From Lama guanicoe (lineage: Eukaryota): 64,000 nt of DNA. The notes under the pieces were generated by a model, which worked only from the letters and a program-made list of their open reading frames with translations, was not told where the DNA came from and searched no databases. A program made the position numbers and the translations under genes. Below are positions 25,210 to 38,623 of this stretch, one piece after another (positions within the stretch are counted from its first letter, which is position 1; each line of letters opens with the position of its first letter). The DNA lies in NCBI GenBank assembly GCA_013239625.1, contig MU056029.1, positions 806,001 through 870,000 on the forward strand, in the 5' to 3' direction.

Positions 25210-25400
25210 AATCACATTTATTGAGCACTTGCCAAGTGTCAGACACTCTTCTCTGCAACTTACATGTATTAACTCCTTTTAATCCTTATAATACCATCAC
25301 AGTGTTGTTTGCTATTATTATTCACATTTTGTAGTTGGATGAACTGAGAGAGAAGTTGGACAAGTTTCCGAAGGTTATAATACTAGTGAAGAACGAGGCT
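25210..25400 (-). mobile_element. MIR
   Basis: ACATTTATTGAGCACTT...TTTAATCCTTATAA...ATTATTATT..CATTTT. Confidence 0.75.
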
Positions 25401-25807
25401 TCTAGCTCTGTAGCCCTGTTGACACACGTTCACTGATATATTTGTCCCCACCATCTGATCATACTTGTACTAACTCGTGAGAGTATAAAACTGAAGAAAA
25501 CCTTTTCCCCGTGCACCCTGTCTATTCAGAAAGACACATAAGTAAGTCAGAAGATAAAATATATTGTAAAAGGAGTGTTTGATGTGTTTAAGTTTTTGCA
25601 TTTACAGCCCTGAGTCCCATATGCGTGTGTTTTTACCTCTTCAGCAGTCTGGTTCCTTTCCTTAAAGATCTGTCAATCAAGACTGTTGGTCAACAAGGTC
25701 TGGGAATGAGCTAGAAAATGCAGATTCCCAGGCACCACCCAGAGATGTTGATTCAGAATAGGTGAGGGGATGCCTTTGGGGTCTGGCTTCTTTCACGTAG
25801 CAAAGTA

Positions 25808-25947
25808 TGTTTGTTTGTTTTTCTTTAAGGGGAAGTGGTAATTTGGTTTATTTATTTATTTTTGTAAATAGAGGTACTGGGGATTGAACCCAGGACCTCT
25901 TGCATGCTAAGCACACGCTCTACCCCTGAGCTATATACCCTCCTCCC
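25808..25947 (-). mobile_element. camelid SINE (long-tail variant)
   Basis: Antisense SINE body with GGTAATT..GTTTATTT tail extension. Confidence 0.9.
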
Positions 25948-25949
25948 AG

Positions 25950-28900
25950 CAAAAAGATTCACCTGTATTCTTGAGTGAATTAGTGGTCCATTCTCATTTA
26001 CTGCTGAGTCTTATTCCAGCTTATGGACCATCACAGCATGTTTATCCATGGCGGGGTGACAGGCATCGTGCCTGGTTACAGTTTGGAGCTACTATGAAAA
26101 AAAGTTACCACAAACATTTTCATGCAGGTTTTTGTGTCAGCAGACGCTTTCGGTTCACCCGGGTGAATGCTTAGGAGTGGGACTGCTTGATGTACAGTTA
26201 ATTTTACAAGCTGTTGTTGTCCAGAGTGGTACTGTCATTTTGCATTTCCCCCAGTGAGAAATGAGATTTCCTGATGGCCTGCATCACTGCCAATGTTTGC
26301 TATTCTTTTGTTTGTTTTGCCATTCTAATAGATGTATATTGGTATCCCCTAATTTTCATTTCCCGAGTGACAAATAGTCAACCTTGTCAAATAAACATCT
26401 TCACCACCCTTATATTTTATTTGGCGAAGTGTTTGCTCGGATATTTTGCTCAGTTTTCAAAGCTGTGTACTTGATTTTCTTACAGATGAGTTTTAAGTTT
26501 TCTTTGTACGTTCTAGACACAAGTCCTTCATCATGTAAGTGACTTTTACAATGCTTTCTCCCAGTCTGTGGCTTGTCTTTTCACTTGTTTAACAATGGAT
26601 TCCCCAGAGCTAAGATTATAATTTTAATAAAGTCCAGTTTCTCAGCTTTTTTCTTTAATAGATGAGGCTTTTATTATTGTATTCAGATTTTCTCCCATTT
26701 ATTTCAGTTTATGACCCATTTGTATAAAGTGTGAAGTATACATCAGTTCATTTCTGTGCATGTGAACGTCCAACTGTAACAGCACTGTTTATGACAACTG
26801 TCCTTTGTCCATGAATTTGCTTTAGCACCTATGTCAAAAATTAACTGACTATATATTTACAAAACAGAAACAGACTCACAGATACAGAAAACAGACTTAC
26901 CAAAGGTTACCAAAGGGGAAAGAGGTTGGGGGGAGGAATAAATTAGGAATTTGGGACTAACATATACACATTACCATATATAAAATGAACAACAGGGACC
27001 TACTGTACAGCACAGGGAACTGTATTAAATATCATGTAATAACCTGTAGTGGAAAAGAATCTGAAAACGTATGTGTATATATATCAGTTATAAAACAGTT
27101 TATTGAGATTATATATATATGAAACAGTTTACTGAGATTTTATTTGGCTGTCATGCTTCTATAGATCATGCAGTGAAAAATTAACATCTTAAAAACAGTC
27201 TTCTCATCCACAAACATGCTATACTTTTTCATTTAGAAATTCAAAAAATTTTTTAATTTAAAATAATTTTTTTTTCTTTCATCGGTGTTTTGAAGTTTTC
27301 AGTACACAAATGCAACACGTGTCCTGTTTGATGTGCACCTAGGTACTTGTGTGAGTGTGTATGTCTCTTGGAAGTCATTCTGTTTCATCATTTCAGATCC
27401 CAATTGTTCAGGCTGGTCCCCACCTACTTACTACAGATGACTTTTGTATATTGCTCATGTACAGAGGTGAACTTGCTAAACTAACATGAGCTCTAATAGC
27501 TTTTTTTTTGTAGTTTCTTTTGAATTTTCCATATACAATCATGCTGCCTGTTAATTAATACACTTTTATTTATTTTCCTTTCCTTTTTTCCCCTCCTTAT
27601 CTCTTGGGCTAGAACTTCCAGGACAAGGTTGTTCCTGATTCTGATGGATGGGGGGAGGAGATGTTGCATCTTTCTTTTGTGGATAATCTTTATTAGGTTA
27701 AATAATTTTGTTTAATTCCATTTGCTTAGAGTTTTTCTTATGAATTGATATTGAATTGTATTGAGTGCCTTTTCTTCATCAATTAATAATGATCATATGG
27801 GTTTTCTAATTAGTCTGTTAATATAATGAATTACATTAATTGATTTTCAGGCACTGAGCCAATCTTGCATCCTGACAGGAACCCTACTTGATAATGACAT
27901 GTTACCTTTTTATGTATTCCGTATCCAATTTGCTAACAATACTGTGTTGAAGAGTTTTACATCTATGGTCACGAGACATTTTGATCTTTGGTTTTCCTTC
28001 GTGTGATGTCTTTGTCTGGCTTGGGTGTTAGGATAGCGTTAGCTTTATAAAACAGGCTGGGAACTGTTTTCTATTTTCTGGAAGAGGTTGTAGATAATTT
28101 ATATTATTTTTCTCAACTATTTGGAAGAATTTGTGAGTGAAATCATATGGACCCAGAGTTTTCTTCCTTTTTCTGTAGGAAGAGAGAATATATTTAACTG
28201 AAAATTCTATTTATAAGAAATAGAGCACTATGCATATTCTCCCTTTTTTAAGTAAATTTTGATTGAATTTTATCTTTAAAGAATTAGTCAATTTTGTCTA
28301 ATTTGTTGAATTTATGGTCACAGAATTGTTCATAGTATTTCTTATTTATCTTTTTAATGTCCATGAGGTCAGTATTAATGTCCCCCTTCTTATTTCTGAT
28401 ATCGGAAGTCTGTGGGGTTTTCTTTTTTTCTGTCAGTCTGGCTAGAATTTTATCAGTCTTGTAAAAATCTTTTTAAAGAACCAGCTTTTAGTTTCTTTTT
28501 TAATGTACTTTCTGTACCTTTGATTTCTCTGTATTTTCTTATTTTTTCTTTCAATAATTTCTACTCTAATGTTTATAACTCGCTGACTTCTGCTAGCTGT
28601 GGGTCTACTTGGTTCCTTCCTCCACTAGTTTCTAAAGGTGGATATTTAGATAATTGATTTTAGAACTTCCTTATTTTCTGTCATGTTTGCTCAACACTGT
28701 AAGTTGCCTTCTAACCACTGTCTTAGGGACAGCCCACTAAATCTGACATGTTATATTTTCATTTCCGTTAACGTCATTTTTTTTAAATCCCCTTGGGACT
28801 TCCTCTTTGATCCTTGAGTCATTTAAAGGTGTGTTGTTTACCAATTTGAAGGTTTTTGAATACTCATTGATTTCTAGTGTAATTCTATTATGATCAGACA

Positions 28901-29030
28901 CATACGTCACATGATTTCTGTTCTTGTAACCTTGTCGTGGGTTTATTTGGGCTTGTCTGGTATCCCAGACTACGGTCCATCGCGGTGAGTGACCTGTGTG
29001 CCCCTGGGAAGAGTTCGCTGCTGTGGGTGT
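25950..29030 (-). mobile_element. Old L1M remnant (ORF2 and 3' region) with a younger sense L1 3'UTR inserted at about 26850-27080
   Basis: Long T-rich degenerate antisense L1 text; inner fragment ACAAAACAGAAACAGACTCACAG...TACTGTACAGCACAGGGAAC. Confidence 0.8.
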
Positions 29031-29935
29031 GTGAAGAGCTGGCGGGCAGTGCTTGTGTGACTGTGAAGAGGAGCCCCCCGCCAGCCCCCACGCCTGCCCT
29101 CTGCCAAGGCGGTTTAGGCCCTGCGCATGCTCCGTCCACCTGCGGAGGGTGCCCGTTTTCTAGTCCCTCTAGTGTTCTTACCACCTGGGCTTTCTTCTCC
29201 CCTCACTCGGCAAACGACGAGCCCTTTCCACAGAGGGACTAGCTTCCCATCATGTGAACATCTTATTCACTCATTTTGATCATTTTGTCACTCAGCAGAT
29301 GTTTGTTGAGTGACTACTGTATGCCAGGCTGAGAATACCATCATGAACAAAAGAGAACAGAAAACCCCAGCCCTCAAAGAGTTTGTTTTGTGGTTCTGTT
29401 CTTTCATCCAAGCCTATGAGTAATTAGAAAAGGTACCCACAATTAGCCTGCCATCCTGCTCCACTTTCTAGACTTATGGCGCCAGTATCACAGGGCATCT
29501 GATGGTGATTCTGAAGCCCTCTTTACTAGGAAACGCACATGGGGAAAGACTGGGAGATGAACGCTGGTGACAGCTTCCTCTATGCTGAGCCCTGGGGAGA
29601 CAGCTGGTAAAGGACTGCTTCTTTGTTTGCTATAATCTTGGGCCACTGCTGGCCACTAGACCCAAGGGCCTAAGGGGCACACCCCCTTAGTGGCAGTCAC
29701 AAAATCAGGGGGTGTGTTGCAGCAGACATGTGTACAAGCTCCTTCCAGGGGGATGCTGGCGACCTGTGAAGGGCAGAGGGTCCACATGAAGATGGAGCCT
29801 GTCAGCCTTCCCCATCTCTGAAGAAGACTGCAGCTGGCCATCATCTCATGGTCCATTTTCCTGTAACAGTGTGAAGACACAGTTTCTCTCTGTGATTTAT
29901 AGTCTCCTTCAAAAACAGCCAAACATCACCATCAT

Positions 29936-30670
29936 TGGGGAGGAAGATATTTTCCTTTACCCTTAAGTTCTTCTGGCTGTTACCAAACAAAAGTTCATGT
30001 GTCCCATGCCCAATAAGGCCAAACAAACTAAAAGGCTGGAATTTGGAGCAGAGAAAGGTTAAGTGCAGGGCCAAGCAAGGAGGATGGAGAGCTCATGGTC
30101 AAAAAACCTAAACTCCCTGAGCCTTTCCAGGGAAAGGGATTTTATAGACAAAATTGGGGGGGGGCAGCAGCGTGTGTGACTTCCTTCTGATTGGTTGGTG
30201 GTGAGGTAGCAGGGCAGCGCTCCAGGAACCTTGTGCTCAGCCTGAAGTCGCCATCCCCCGCCTGGGTGGGGGCCTTACTTCCTGCAGAAGAACTCAGATA
30301 TTGTCACGTCTATTTCTTGATGAGGAGCCAGGACCCTGCCTCAGGGCTGTGCTGTTATTTCCTGACTCTCTTCCCTTGTTTCTGAATCCCCTCCCTTCCC
30401 TGATTAGCAACAGTTTGACTCTGCCCTCTGGAACTCAGGGGAGGTCAAGGAGGCTGAATGAAACCTATTTCTTACAAACAAGAAATGGGAGACACAGAAA
30501 GAATTTGTACTGGGGAGGACCCCACAGGGTCCTGCTCTGTTTCAAGGCTGGTCTAATAATTAGACTGACATGAGACGGACTAACAGGAGGAAATGAAACA
30601 AAAGTTTAATGACACATATACATGGGCGAGACCCAGGAAAACTGAGTAACTCCCCCAAATGGCCTCATCT
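29936..30670 (-). mobile_element. ERV LTR remnant (host), split by an inner solo LTR
   Basis: LTR-like text runs 29936-29977 and resumes at 30549. Confidence 0.5.
29978..30544 (-). mobile_element. ERV1-like solo LTR
   Basis: TG...CA termini (TGTTACC...GTTTCA), antisense TATA (TTTATA) and CCAAT (GATTGG); 4-bp flanks TGGC/AGGC. Confidence 0.8.
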
Positions 30671-31931
30671 TGATGCAGGAAAACGGATGTGGGCATGAGG
30701 AGGGCTGTGTCCCAGGTCCCGGCTGAGCCTCTGAGACGTGCCCTGCCAGGTGTGGGTCCTTGACAGTGCAGGAAAGAACTCAAGTGCAAGCCACTGTTGA
30801 GTAAAGGTAGATTTATTTAGAGAGATACACACTGCATAGAGTGTAAGGCAAGGGAAAGGCAAGGAAAGAGGTGTGGGAGTTGGGTGCTCAGATTAAAGTA
30901 AAAGTAGGCACACACTCCACGGACAGTGCAGGCCGTCTCCAAAGAGGAGGGAGCGATAAATGGCGCTAGACGTGGTGGTGTCAGTTTTTATGGGCTCAGT
31001 AGTTTCACAGGCCTACAGGTGGGACCATTCCAACTGCCCTGGGGAAGGGACTGGGATTCCCAGGAGCTGGGCCACAGCCACTTTTTGACCTTTTATGGTC
31101 AGCCTGGGAGCTGTCATGGCCCCTGGGGGAGTGCCATTTAGCAGCTATTATCACAGTGAGTGTATTTTGAAGCACAAGGTGTTAGAGCAGGCAGTTAGCT
31201 AGATATGAGCCGTGAAAGGGGGACGCAGGCCAAATGGCAGAAATTGGGCAGAAAAGAGGGGCACAGGCCAAATGCAGGAAATCCTGCATCATGTCAGCAC
31301 CAGGGGTCCCTGGGCAGAGAAAGAAAAGCAGGAACCTCTGGGCTGATACACAATCACACATTTTGGGGTGGCAAGCAGCCTGGAGGCCAACAAAGAAAGG
31401 TGGGAAAAGGCTGGAATCTCCAGCCAAACGTAACCTTCTGTTCATTATGCCCTCATTTCAATAAAATTAGCCTTGCAAATTAGAACTACCCATCATACAT
31501 CGACACCATGACACTTCTGATCCAAACTAAATAAGGACAAAAATCCCTCCTCCCTTTGGGAAGGTGGAATTGGGATGATATTCAGGGAATAAGACCCCAA
31601 ACCCTTCCCTCCCCAATGAATATTCTGCCCTCTCATTTTTACATCTTATGCAACAAACTTGCCAAAGAAACTCAGGGCAGCTGCTTGCTTAAGACTGCCC
31701 GCTCTCCCTTTGAGAGTGCACTATCCATCCCTTAATAAATCCTCTCTTTACTTTCTTAACCTCTGTGTCTTGTCTCTGAATTCTTTCTGGGATGGGACAA
31801 GAACCTGACACCAGCTACATCTATAAACTCCCAATAAAGGTCTATTGGGAGTTAAATCTTCCACCATCTCGGTGATAATTGCTGTGTCTTCCTTTTAATG
31901 GCTGTGCCCTGCCCCCTCCCCTCCTGTCTCA
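30671..31931 (-). mobile_element. ERV LTR, interrupted by another LTR at 31180
   Basis: TGATGCAG...TGTCTCA termini, antisense AATAAA (TTTATT near 30812). Confidence 0.7.
31180..31819 (+). mobile_element. ERV solo LTR (sense)
   Basis: TGTTAGAG...GCTACA termini; AATAAA near 31734 followed by U5-like CTCTGAATTCTTTCT; AAGG flanks. Confidence 0.8.
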
Positions 31932-31934
31932 TTA

Positions 31935-32105
31935 TGAGAGTAGATCTCATATTAATACCACATAGAAAAAAACACAAAGGAGCAGAGGAACTTTTTGGAG
32001 GCTATCTTGACCTTCGTGATGGTTCCACAGGTGTATCCATATGTCCAAACTGATCAAATTGTATGTTAAATATGTGCTGCATTCTGTGCCTCAATAAAGC
32101 TGTTA
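31935..32105 (+). mobile_element. Old L1M 3' end fragment
   Basis: GGAACTTTTTGGAGG...GTGATGGTT.CACAGGTGTAT.CATATGTCCAAACT.ATCAAATTGTA...CCTCAATAAAG. Confidence 0.75.
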
Positions 32106-33749
32106 ACAATAACAGGGGTATCTTTTGTAGGCCAAATCTGCACAGTATCTGCTCAAATTTCCTAAAACTGCTCTAAAAAAATAAAATCTAGTGTTTTTTA
32201 AAAAAATGATCCAATGGTCCCAAGTAGATGCAAGGGAAAAGTCAAGTCAGAGGCAGACAGTCAAAAAGTGAGAAAACAGCGTGCACCAGAAATGAAGATG
32301 TGAGAAACCAGTTCTGGAGACAGAGGGTAATAAAGTGCAGTTAAAAAAAGCTCAAGACTGAGGGAAAAAACTGCACTGAATAGGAGGGAAATAGTATAAA
32401 AATAGCACAGAATATGGAAAGAAAAGCTTGTTCTTGCAAGCTGACTGCCTTGTAATCTCAGGGGGAAAGCTCATAGTACAAGTATATATATATCTGCTCT
32501 TCAAAGAGTTTTCCATCTCAGAGGCTCCTTTGAAATGCAACTTCCTATTTAGAAGCCTGGCTTTTCACATTTTCCTCTGATACCTGGTCCTGTTTGTGGC
32601 AAATGAAACCTACTGTGTACAGCTGGAAGACACTAGAGGCAAACATAAGTTTGCTGTTTTTCTGCAGAGAAAAACATGCACAGTGTTTTTCCTGTTGAGC
32701 AAGAAGTGTCAGCAGGATGGGAGAGGGCATTGTAACTCATAGCACAGCCTCCAGCATCACAGGCTGCTTTCCAGGTTTTAGACTATTTCAACCATTGATT
32801 GGACAAAGATCATTTGGAGAATGACACAGGTCAACTAAAAAGGATCCTACTAAACATAGCACTATTGAACTTAGTAGAAGGTGTAGGGAAAGTGGACACA
32901 TGGTATAGAGTAACAAATTATTTGTTGAGCACTTATTATTTGCCACGACTCACTCTGCCAAATGTATGTCACATCAACCCTGAGAAGTAGACACTATGGT
33001 TAACCTTTCTTTAATCATGAGGAGATGGACTTTGAGAGACAGACACACTGACCATCACATAAGAGCGGAGAGCCGAGATGAGATGTCAGCATCCCACAGC
33101 GTCCCATGCGGTCCTCAGTGATGGTGCCTGCAGATGAAGGATGCTCGCTGTGCACTGTGGCTTACAGCTACTATTTCTGGTCCATACAAGTCTTTGTAAA
33201 GCAAGGGCTTATTCTTGCTTTACTGATGCGAAATCCAAGTCTAAATAACTGATAAGCTTATCCAAGGTCACATGGTTAATAAGGAGACAAGTCAGAATCT
33301 GAACACAAGCCAACTGGACTCCAGAATGGAAGGGATCCTTGTTTGTTCTGTTTTGATTAATATAGTAATATCATCATGGGTACGAAGCTTCCAATACATC
33401 ACTGACTGGCTGTTGATGCTGAGCACATATTCGTGCTCTTTTCTTTCTGCTTGTAGACAAGTAGGTCATGTACCTCTAGTGTTCTATCTAGAGTTGGCCA
33501 AACAAACAAACAGAAAAAGTCGTTGAACAGTTAAGCATGGTGAATCTAACATTCCTCTTCAGTTTGTCTCCCAGAGGATGTTCTATCAAGTAAACTTAAT
33601 CAATGGTTTATTCATCACTTTTTTTTTTTTGGTACATGAAAAAGCAATTGTCAGCAAGAGAGAACTTGGGAATTGGTAAAGGAATTTTAATTTCCTGAGA
33701 GTTAGATCTCAGAAAGAAATGGCTTCAGGAAGCCAAGAATTCACAACTG

Positions 33750-35830
33750 GTAAAACTGTCACTATATGCAGATGACATGATACTACACATGGAAAACCCT
33801 GAAGTCTCCACACAAAAACTACTGGAGCTGATAAAAGAATTCAGCAAGGTAGCACGGTGCAAGATTAACATACAGAAATCAGTTGCATTTCTTTACACTA
33901 ACAATGAAATATCAGAAAAGGAAAGTAAAAAAAAAAAAACAACAACCCTTTTAAAACCACATCCCCCCAGATAAAATACTTAGGAATAAATCTGAGCAAG
34001 GAGGTGAAAGACATATATGCAGAGAATAACAAAACATTGATTAAGGAAATTAAGATGATGTAAAGAAATGGAAAGATATTCCATGCTCTTGGATTGGAAT
34101 AATTAATATTGGTAAAATGGTCATACTACCCAAAGCAATCTATAGATTTAATATGATCCCTATCAAATTACTCAGGACATTTATCACGGAACTAGAACAA
34201 ACAATCCTAAAATTTATATGTAATCACAAAAGACCCAGAATTGCCAAAGCATTACTGAAGGAAAAGAATGACGCTGAGGATTAACCCTCCCAGACTTCAG
34301 ACAATACTACAGAGCTACAGTAATCAAGACAGTATGGTACTGGCATAAAAACAGACATGTGAGTCAATGGAACAGAATGGAGAACCCAGAAATAAACCTA
34401 CAGACCTATGGTCAACTAATCTTCAACAAAGGAAGCAAGAATCTACAATGGAGAAAAGACAGTCTTCAGCAAGTGGTATTGGGAAAACTGGACAGCAGCA
34501 TGTAAATCAATGAAGCTAGAACACTCCCTCACACAAAAATAAACTCAAAATGACTTAAAGACTTAAACATAAGACAAGACACTATACACTGCCTAGAAGA
34601 AAACATAAGCAAAACACTTTCCAACACAAATCTTACCAATATTCTCCTAGGAAAGTCTACACAGGCAATAGAAATAAAGCAAAAATTAACAAATGGGACC
34701 TAATTAAACTTACAAGCTTTTGTGCAGCAAAGGAACCCATAAGCAAAACAAAAAGACAACCCATGGAATGAAAGAAAATATTTGCAAAAGATGAGACTGA
34801 CAAGAGCTTAATTTCCAGAACATAAAAGCAGCTCATATGACTTAATAAGAAAAAAACAAACAACCCAATCCATAAATGGGCAGAAGACCTAAACAAGCAA
34901 TTCTGCAATGAAGACATACAAATGGCCAATAGGCACATGAAAAAATGCTCAATATCACTAATTATCAGAGAAATGCAAATCAAAACTACAATGAAGTATC
35001 ATCTCACACCACTCAGAATGGCCATCATTCAGAAGTCTACAAACGATGAATGCTGGAGAGGGTGTGGAAAAAAGGGAACCCTCCTACATTGTTGGTGGGA
35101 ATGTAGTTTGGTGGAGCCATTATGGAAAACAGTATGGAGATCCCTTAAAAAACTAAAAATAGACTTACCCTGTGATCCAGCAACCCTACTCCTGGGCATA
35201 GGTCTGGAGGAAACTTTAATTTGAAAAGACACCTGCACCCCAATGTTCATAGGAGCACTATATACAATAGCCAAGACTTGGAAACAACCTAAATGTCCAT
35301 TGACAGAGGACTCGATAAAGAAGATGTGGTATATTTATACAATATACTCAGCCATAAAAAAGAACAAAATAATGCCATTTGCAGCAAAATGGGTAGGCCT
35401 GGAGATCATCATTCCATGTGAAGTAAGCCAGAAAGAGAAAGAAAAATACCATATGATAGTACTCAGATGTGGAATCTTGAAAAACAAAACAAAAAAAAGA
35501 CACAAATGAACTTATTTGCAAAACAGAAACACTCACAGACATAGGAAACAAACTTATGTTACCAAGGGGGAAAAGGATGGGAAAGGATAAATTGGAAGTT
35601 TGAGATTTGCAGATACCAACTAATATATATAAAATGGATAAACAAATTTCTATTGTATGACACAAGGAACTGTATTTAATATCTTGTAGTCACCTAGAAT
35701 GAAAAAGAATATGAAAAGGAATATCTGTATGTATATCTATGACTGAAGCATTATGCTGAACACCAGAAATTAACACAACATTGTAAACTGATTATACTTC
35801 AATAAAATTAATAATAATAAATTTTAAAAC
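33750..35830 (+). mobile_element. 5'-truncated L1 (~2.1 kb), decayed ORF2 and 3'UTR
   Basis: [12 protein letters not shown]...[16 protein letters not shown], and the cysteine-rich C-terminus ([19 protein letters not shown]...[18 protein letters not shown]); AATAAA and A-rich tail. Confidence 0.97.
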
Positions 35831-37059
35831 TCCAAGAAGTTTAGATTTAAAAAGAAAATGAATCCACCGCTGGACTATCTACACTGAACCTACCAATTAG
35901 TTCTACCATTTATATTGTCAGTAGATTAGAACCCCGGGGTCCTGCTTGGTCTTTGTGTGACCTGGAAGGAGTCTCAGAACGAATTTAACTTAACCCCCGA
36001 ATTTTTCAAGTGAGAACAACTGAGATCCTGTAAAGTAAAATATCTAGCTAAGTTCACTTGTTTTGAGGTGGAAATGAGAACACAGAATCCCTCTTCTCTT
36101 GTATTCCACCCAGTTTTCAGCCTGATGTCCAGGGATGGCCAGCACTGGCGTTTCCATGGGCTCAGAGGTCAGCTGCTCCAAAGTGCGTGTGTGATGAAAT
36201 CCGACTGCCAGTGTGTGGAGCAGTGTGGGTCTGGGAAGGGCCCGCCCCCGCCCAGCACCCTGCCCTCCCCTGCGGTAGAGGGACTGTTCCTCGACTTACC
36301 CTTGGATGTGCTCTCACACCCACTTTGATGCAACTGAGAGGAAGTGATTTAACCCTTGTCGATATCACCCACCTTCCAGCACAAAGTCAGAGGCAGAATC
36401 TTGGAAACTAACGTTCAGGGACCGTGTCATATTCAAGGCAGCAGCCTAGCACTTCTCACACCTACGTCACCTTGTTGAATCCCGCTAACGACGTTGTGCG
36501 GGGTAGTGTGTAATATGACTGCACCACGGGGGAGAAACAGGCTCACAGAAGGCCAGTGACTGTTTTTCGCTGTCGGGAAATGAATGGATGGAGGTCCGTG
36601 GCTCCAACGCCCAGGCATCCTGAGCAGTGTTTCGTTAGAGCAATAACCTCATGTTGAAGCAGCCCAAAAACAATTCCTTTTCCCAAGTACGTGATGTAGA
36701 GCCAAGGCCGTTGAAGATTTTTCTTTTCTTTTTCTAATTAGAGGGAGGATGTTAGAAAATAAAACTGCAAAACGGAAACCCAAGCTGGTAAGACTATGGA
36801 AAAATGGATGCTCAGGCTGCACTTATATATCTACAGTCAACACGCAGAGAGGCTAGATTAATAGAGCAGAGTGGGATGGTGATTACCCTGGTAACGAAAT
36901 CTCCATTAAGCCCTGCTCGAGGAGAAAATGAGACGCTCCAACATCTGTCAAGTTCAACCAGAGTTCATTGAGCGTAGAAAGTGTTACATGCTCTTTTTTT
37001 TTTTTTAATTGGCGGTAGCAGAATAAACACAGATCACCTAGTGTCTGGGAGCTCAGAGG

Positions 37060-37145
37060 CTCAGAGCTCGCATCAGGGTCCAGGGAGCGACGCGGAGTGA
37101 CCCAGCGGTACCCACACATCCTCCCCGCAGCCAATCAGAATTATT
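37060..37145. promoter_or_regulatory. Small CpG-enriched patch with CCAAT box
   Basis: GCGACGCGGAGTGACCCAGCGG...CCCCGCAGCCAATCAG; X-box-like ATTACCCTGGTAAC at 36882-36895. Confidence 0.25.
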
Positions 37146-37489
37146 CCCATGAAAAAGTAAACCATCGCCTGAAATTCCACCGTTTCACTAAACCAAATTT
37201 AGCCCCCCGTTTCAGACTGTTGAAGGAGCTTGTTAGCCCTGGGGTTGGCTTCAATAATCAAAGCCATCTGGCCTTTTTTTTAATTGTCCTTTTTGTCTAA
37301 CTAGATGGAGAGGTGGTCTCCATCAAAGTTAGTTTTTCTTACCTTCTTGGGCAGAACAGTTTAAGCAAACCCCCTCACATGAAAAGAACAGTGGTTCTAT
37401 CCTTGTGTTTACTGACGCCTCACCCCCAGCCTCACTGCTGTTTACCTGTCAGCATCCACTGTCGGTTCGGTAAAATCTTACCAGACTTA

Positions 37490-38623
37490 CCATTTTTAAA
37501 AATTGAAATATATTTGACCTATAACATTGTGTAAATTCATAGTGTTCAACATGTGTTTTTTCTTTATTTCAAACAACTTTTTTTGGAGTATAGTTGATTT
37601 ACAATGTTGTGTTATTTTCTGGTGTACAGTAAAGTGATTCAGATATAGATATAGATATACACACATACCCTTTTTCATATTCTTTTCCATTATAGTTTAT
37701 TACAGGATATTGAATATAGTTCCCTGTGCTATACAGTAGGACCTTGCTGTTTGTTTTATATATAATAGTTTATAATTTATCCCTCCTCCCACTTCCCCCC
37801 CTGGTAACCGTAAGTTTGTTTTCTATGTCTGGGAGTCCGTTTCTGTTTTGTAAATAAGTTCATTTGTTTCATATTTTAGATTTCGCATATGAGTGATATA
37901 TGATATTTGTCTTTGTCTGACTTACTTCACTTAGTATGATAACCTCTAGGTCCATCCTACAACGCATTGATTTGATACATTTATGTATTGTAATATGACT
38001 GCCAATGTAGCAATAATTAACACCTCTATTATATTATATAATTTTCATTTCTTTTTAGCGGTTGGAGTAATTAAGTTCTACACTTCTAGCAAGTTTGATG
38101 ATTGTAATATAATATCATTGTCTATATTCACTATACTGTGTATTAAGTCTTTAGGGCTTGTTGCAGTTTATGCCTGGAAACAACACCCCTCCTGGCCCTC
38201 CATTCCCTAGTCCCTGGTAACCACCGTGTCACTCTGTTTTTATGAGTCTGGCTTTTTTCGATACCACGTATAAGTGACACCATACAGTATCTGTCTTTCT
38301 CCCTCTGACTCATCTCACGTAGCATAGCATGATCACAAGTTACAGGATGTCCTTCTTTCTCATGGCTGAATAATATTCCACTTGACTCACATGAACATAA
38401 AAAGATGCTCAACATCACTAATCATAAGGAAAATGCAAATCAAAACCACGATGAGATTATCACCTCACACCTGTTAGAATGGTCATTATCAAGAAGTCAA
38501 GTGTTGGAGAGGATGTGGAGAAAACAAACTCCTTGGGCCCTGTTGGTAGGAATGTAAATAGTTCAGCCACTATGGAAAACAGTATGCAGGTGCTTCAAAA
38601 AGTTAAAAACAGATCTACTATAT
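37490..38623 (-). mobile_element. 5'-inverted L1 with a younger L1 3'UTR nested at about 37555-37958
   Basis: Antisense 3' end 37490-38380 abuts a sense ORF2-end piece at 38389-38623. Confidence 0.8.
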
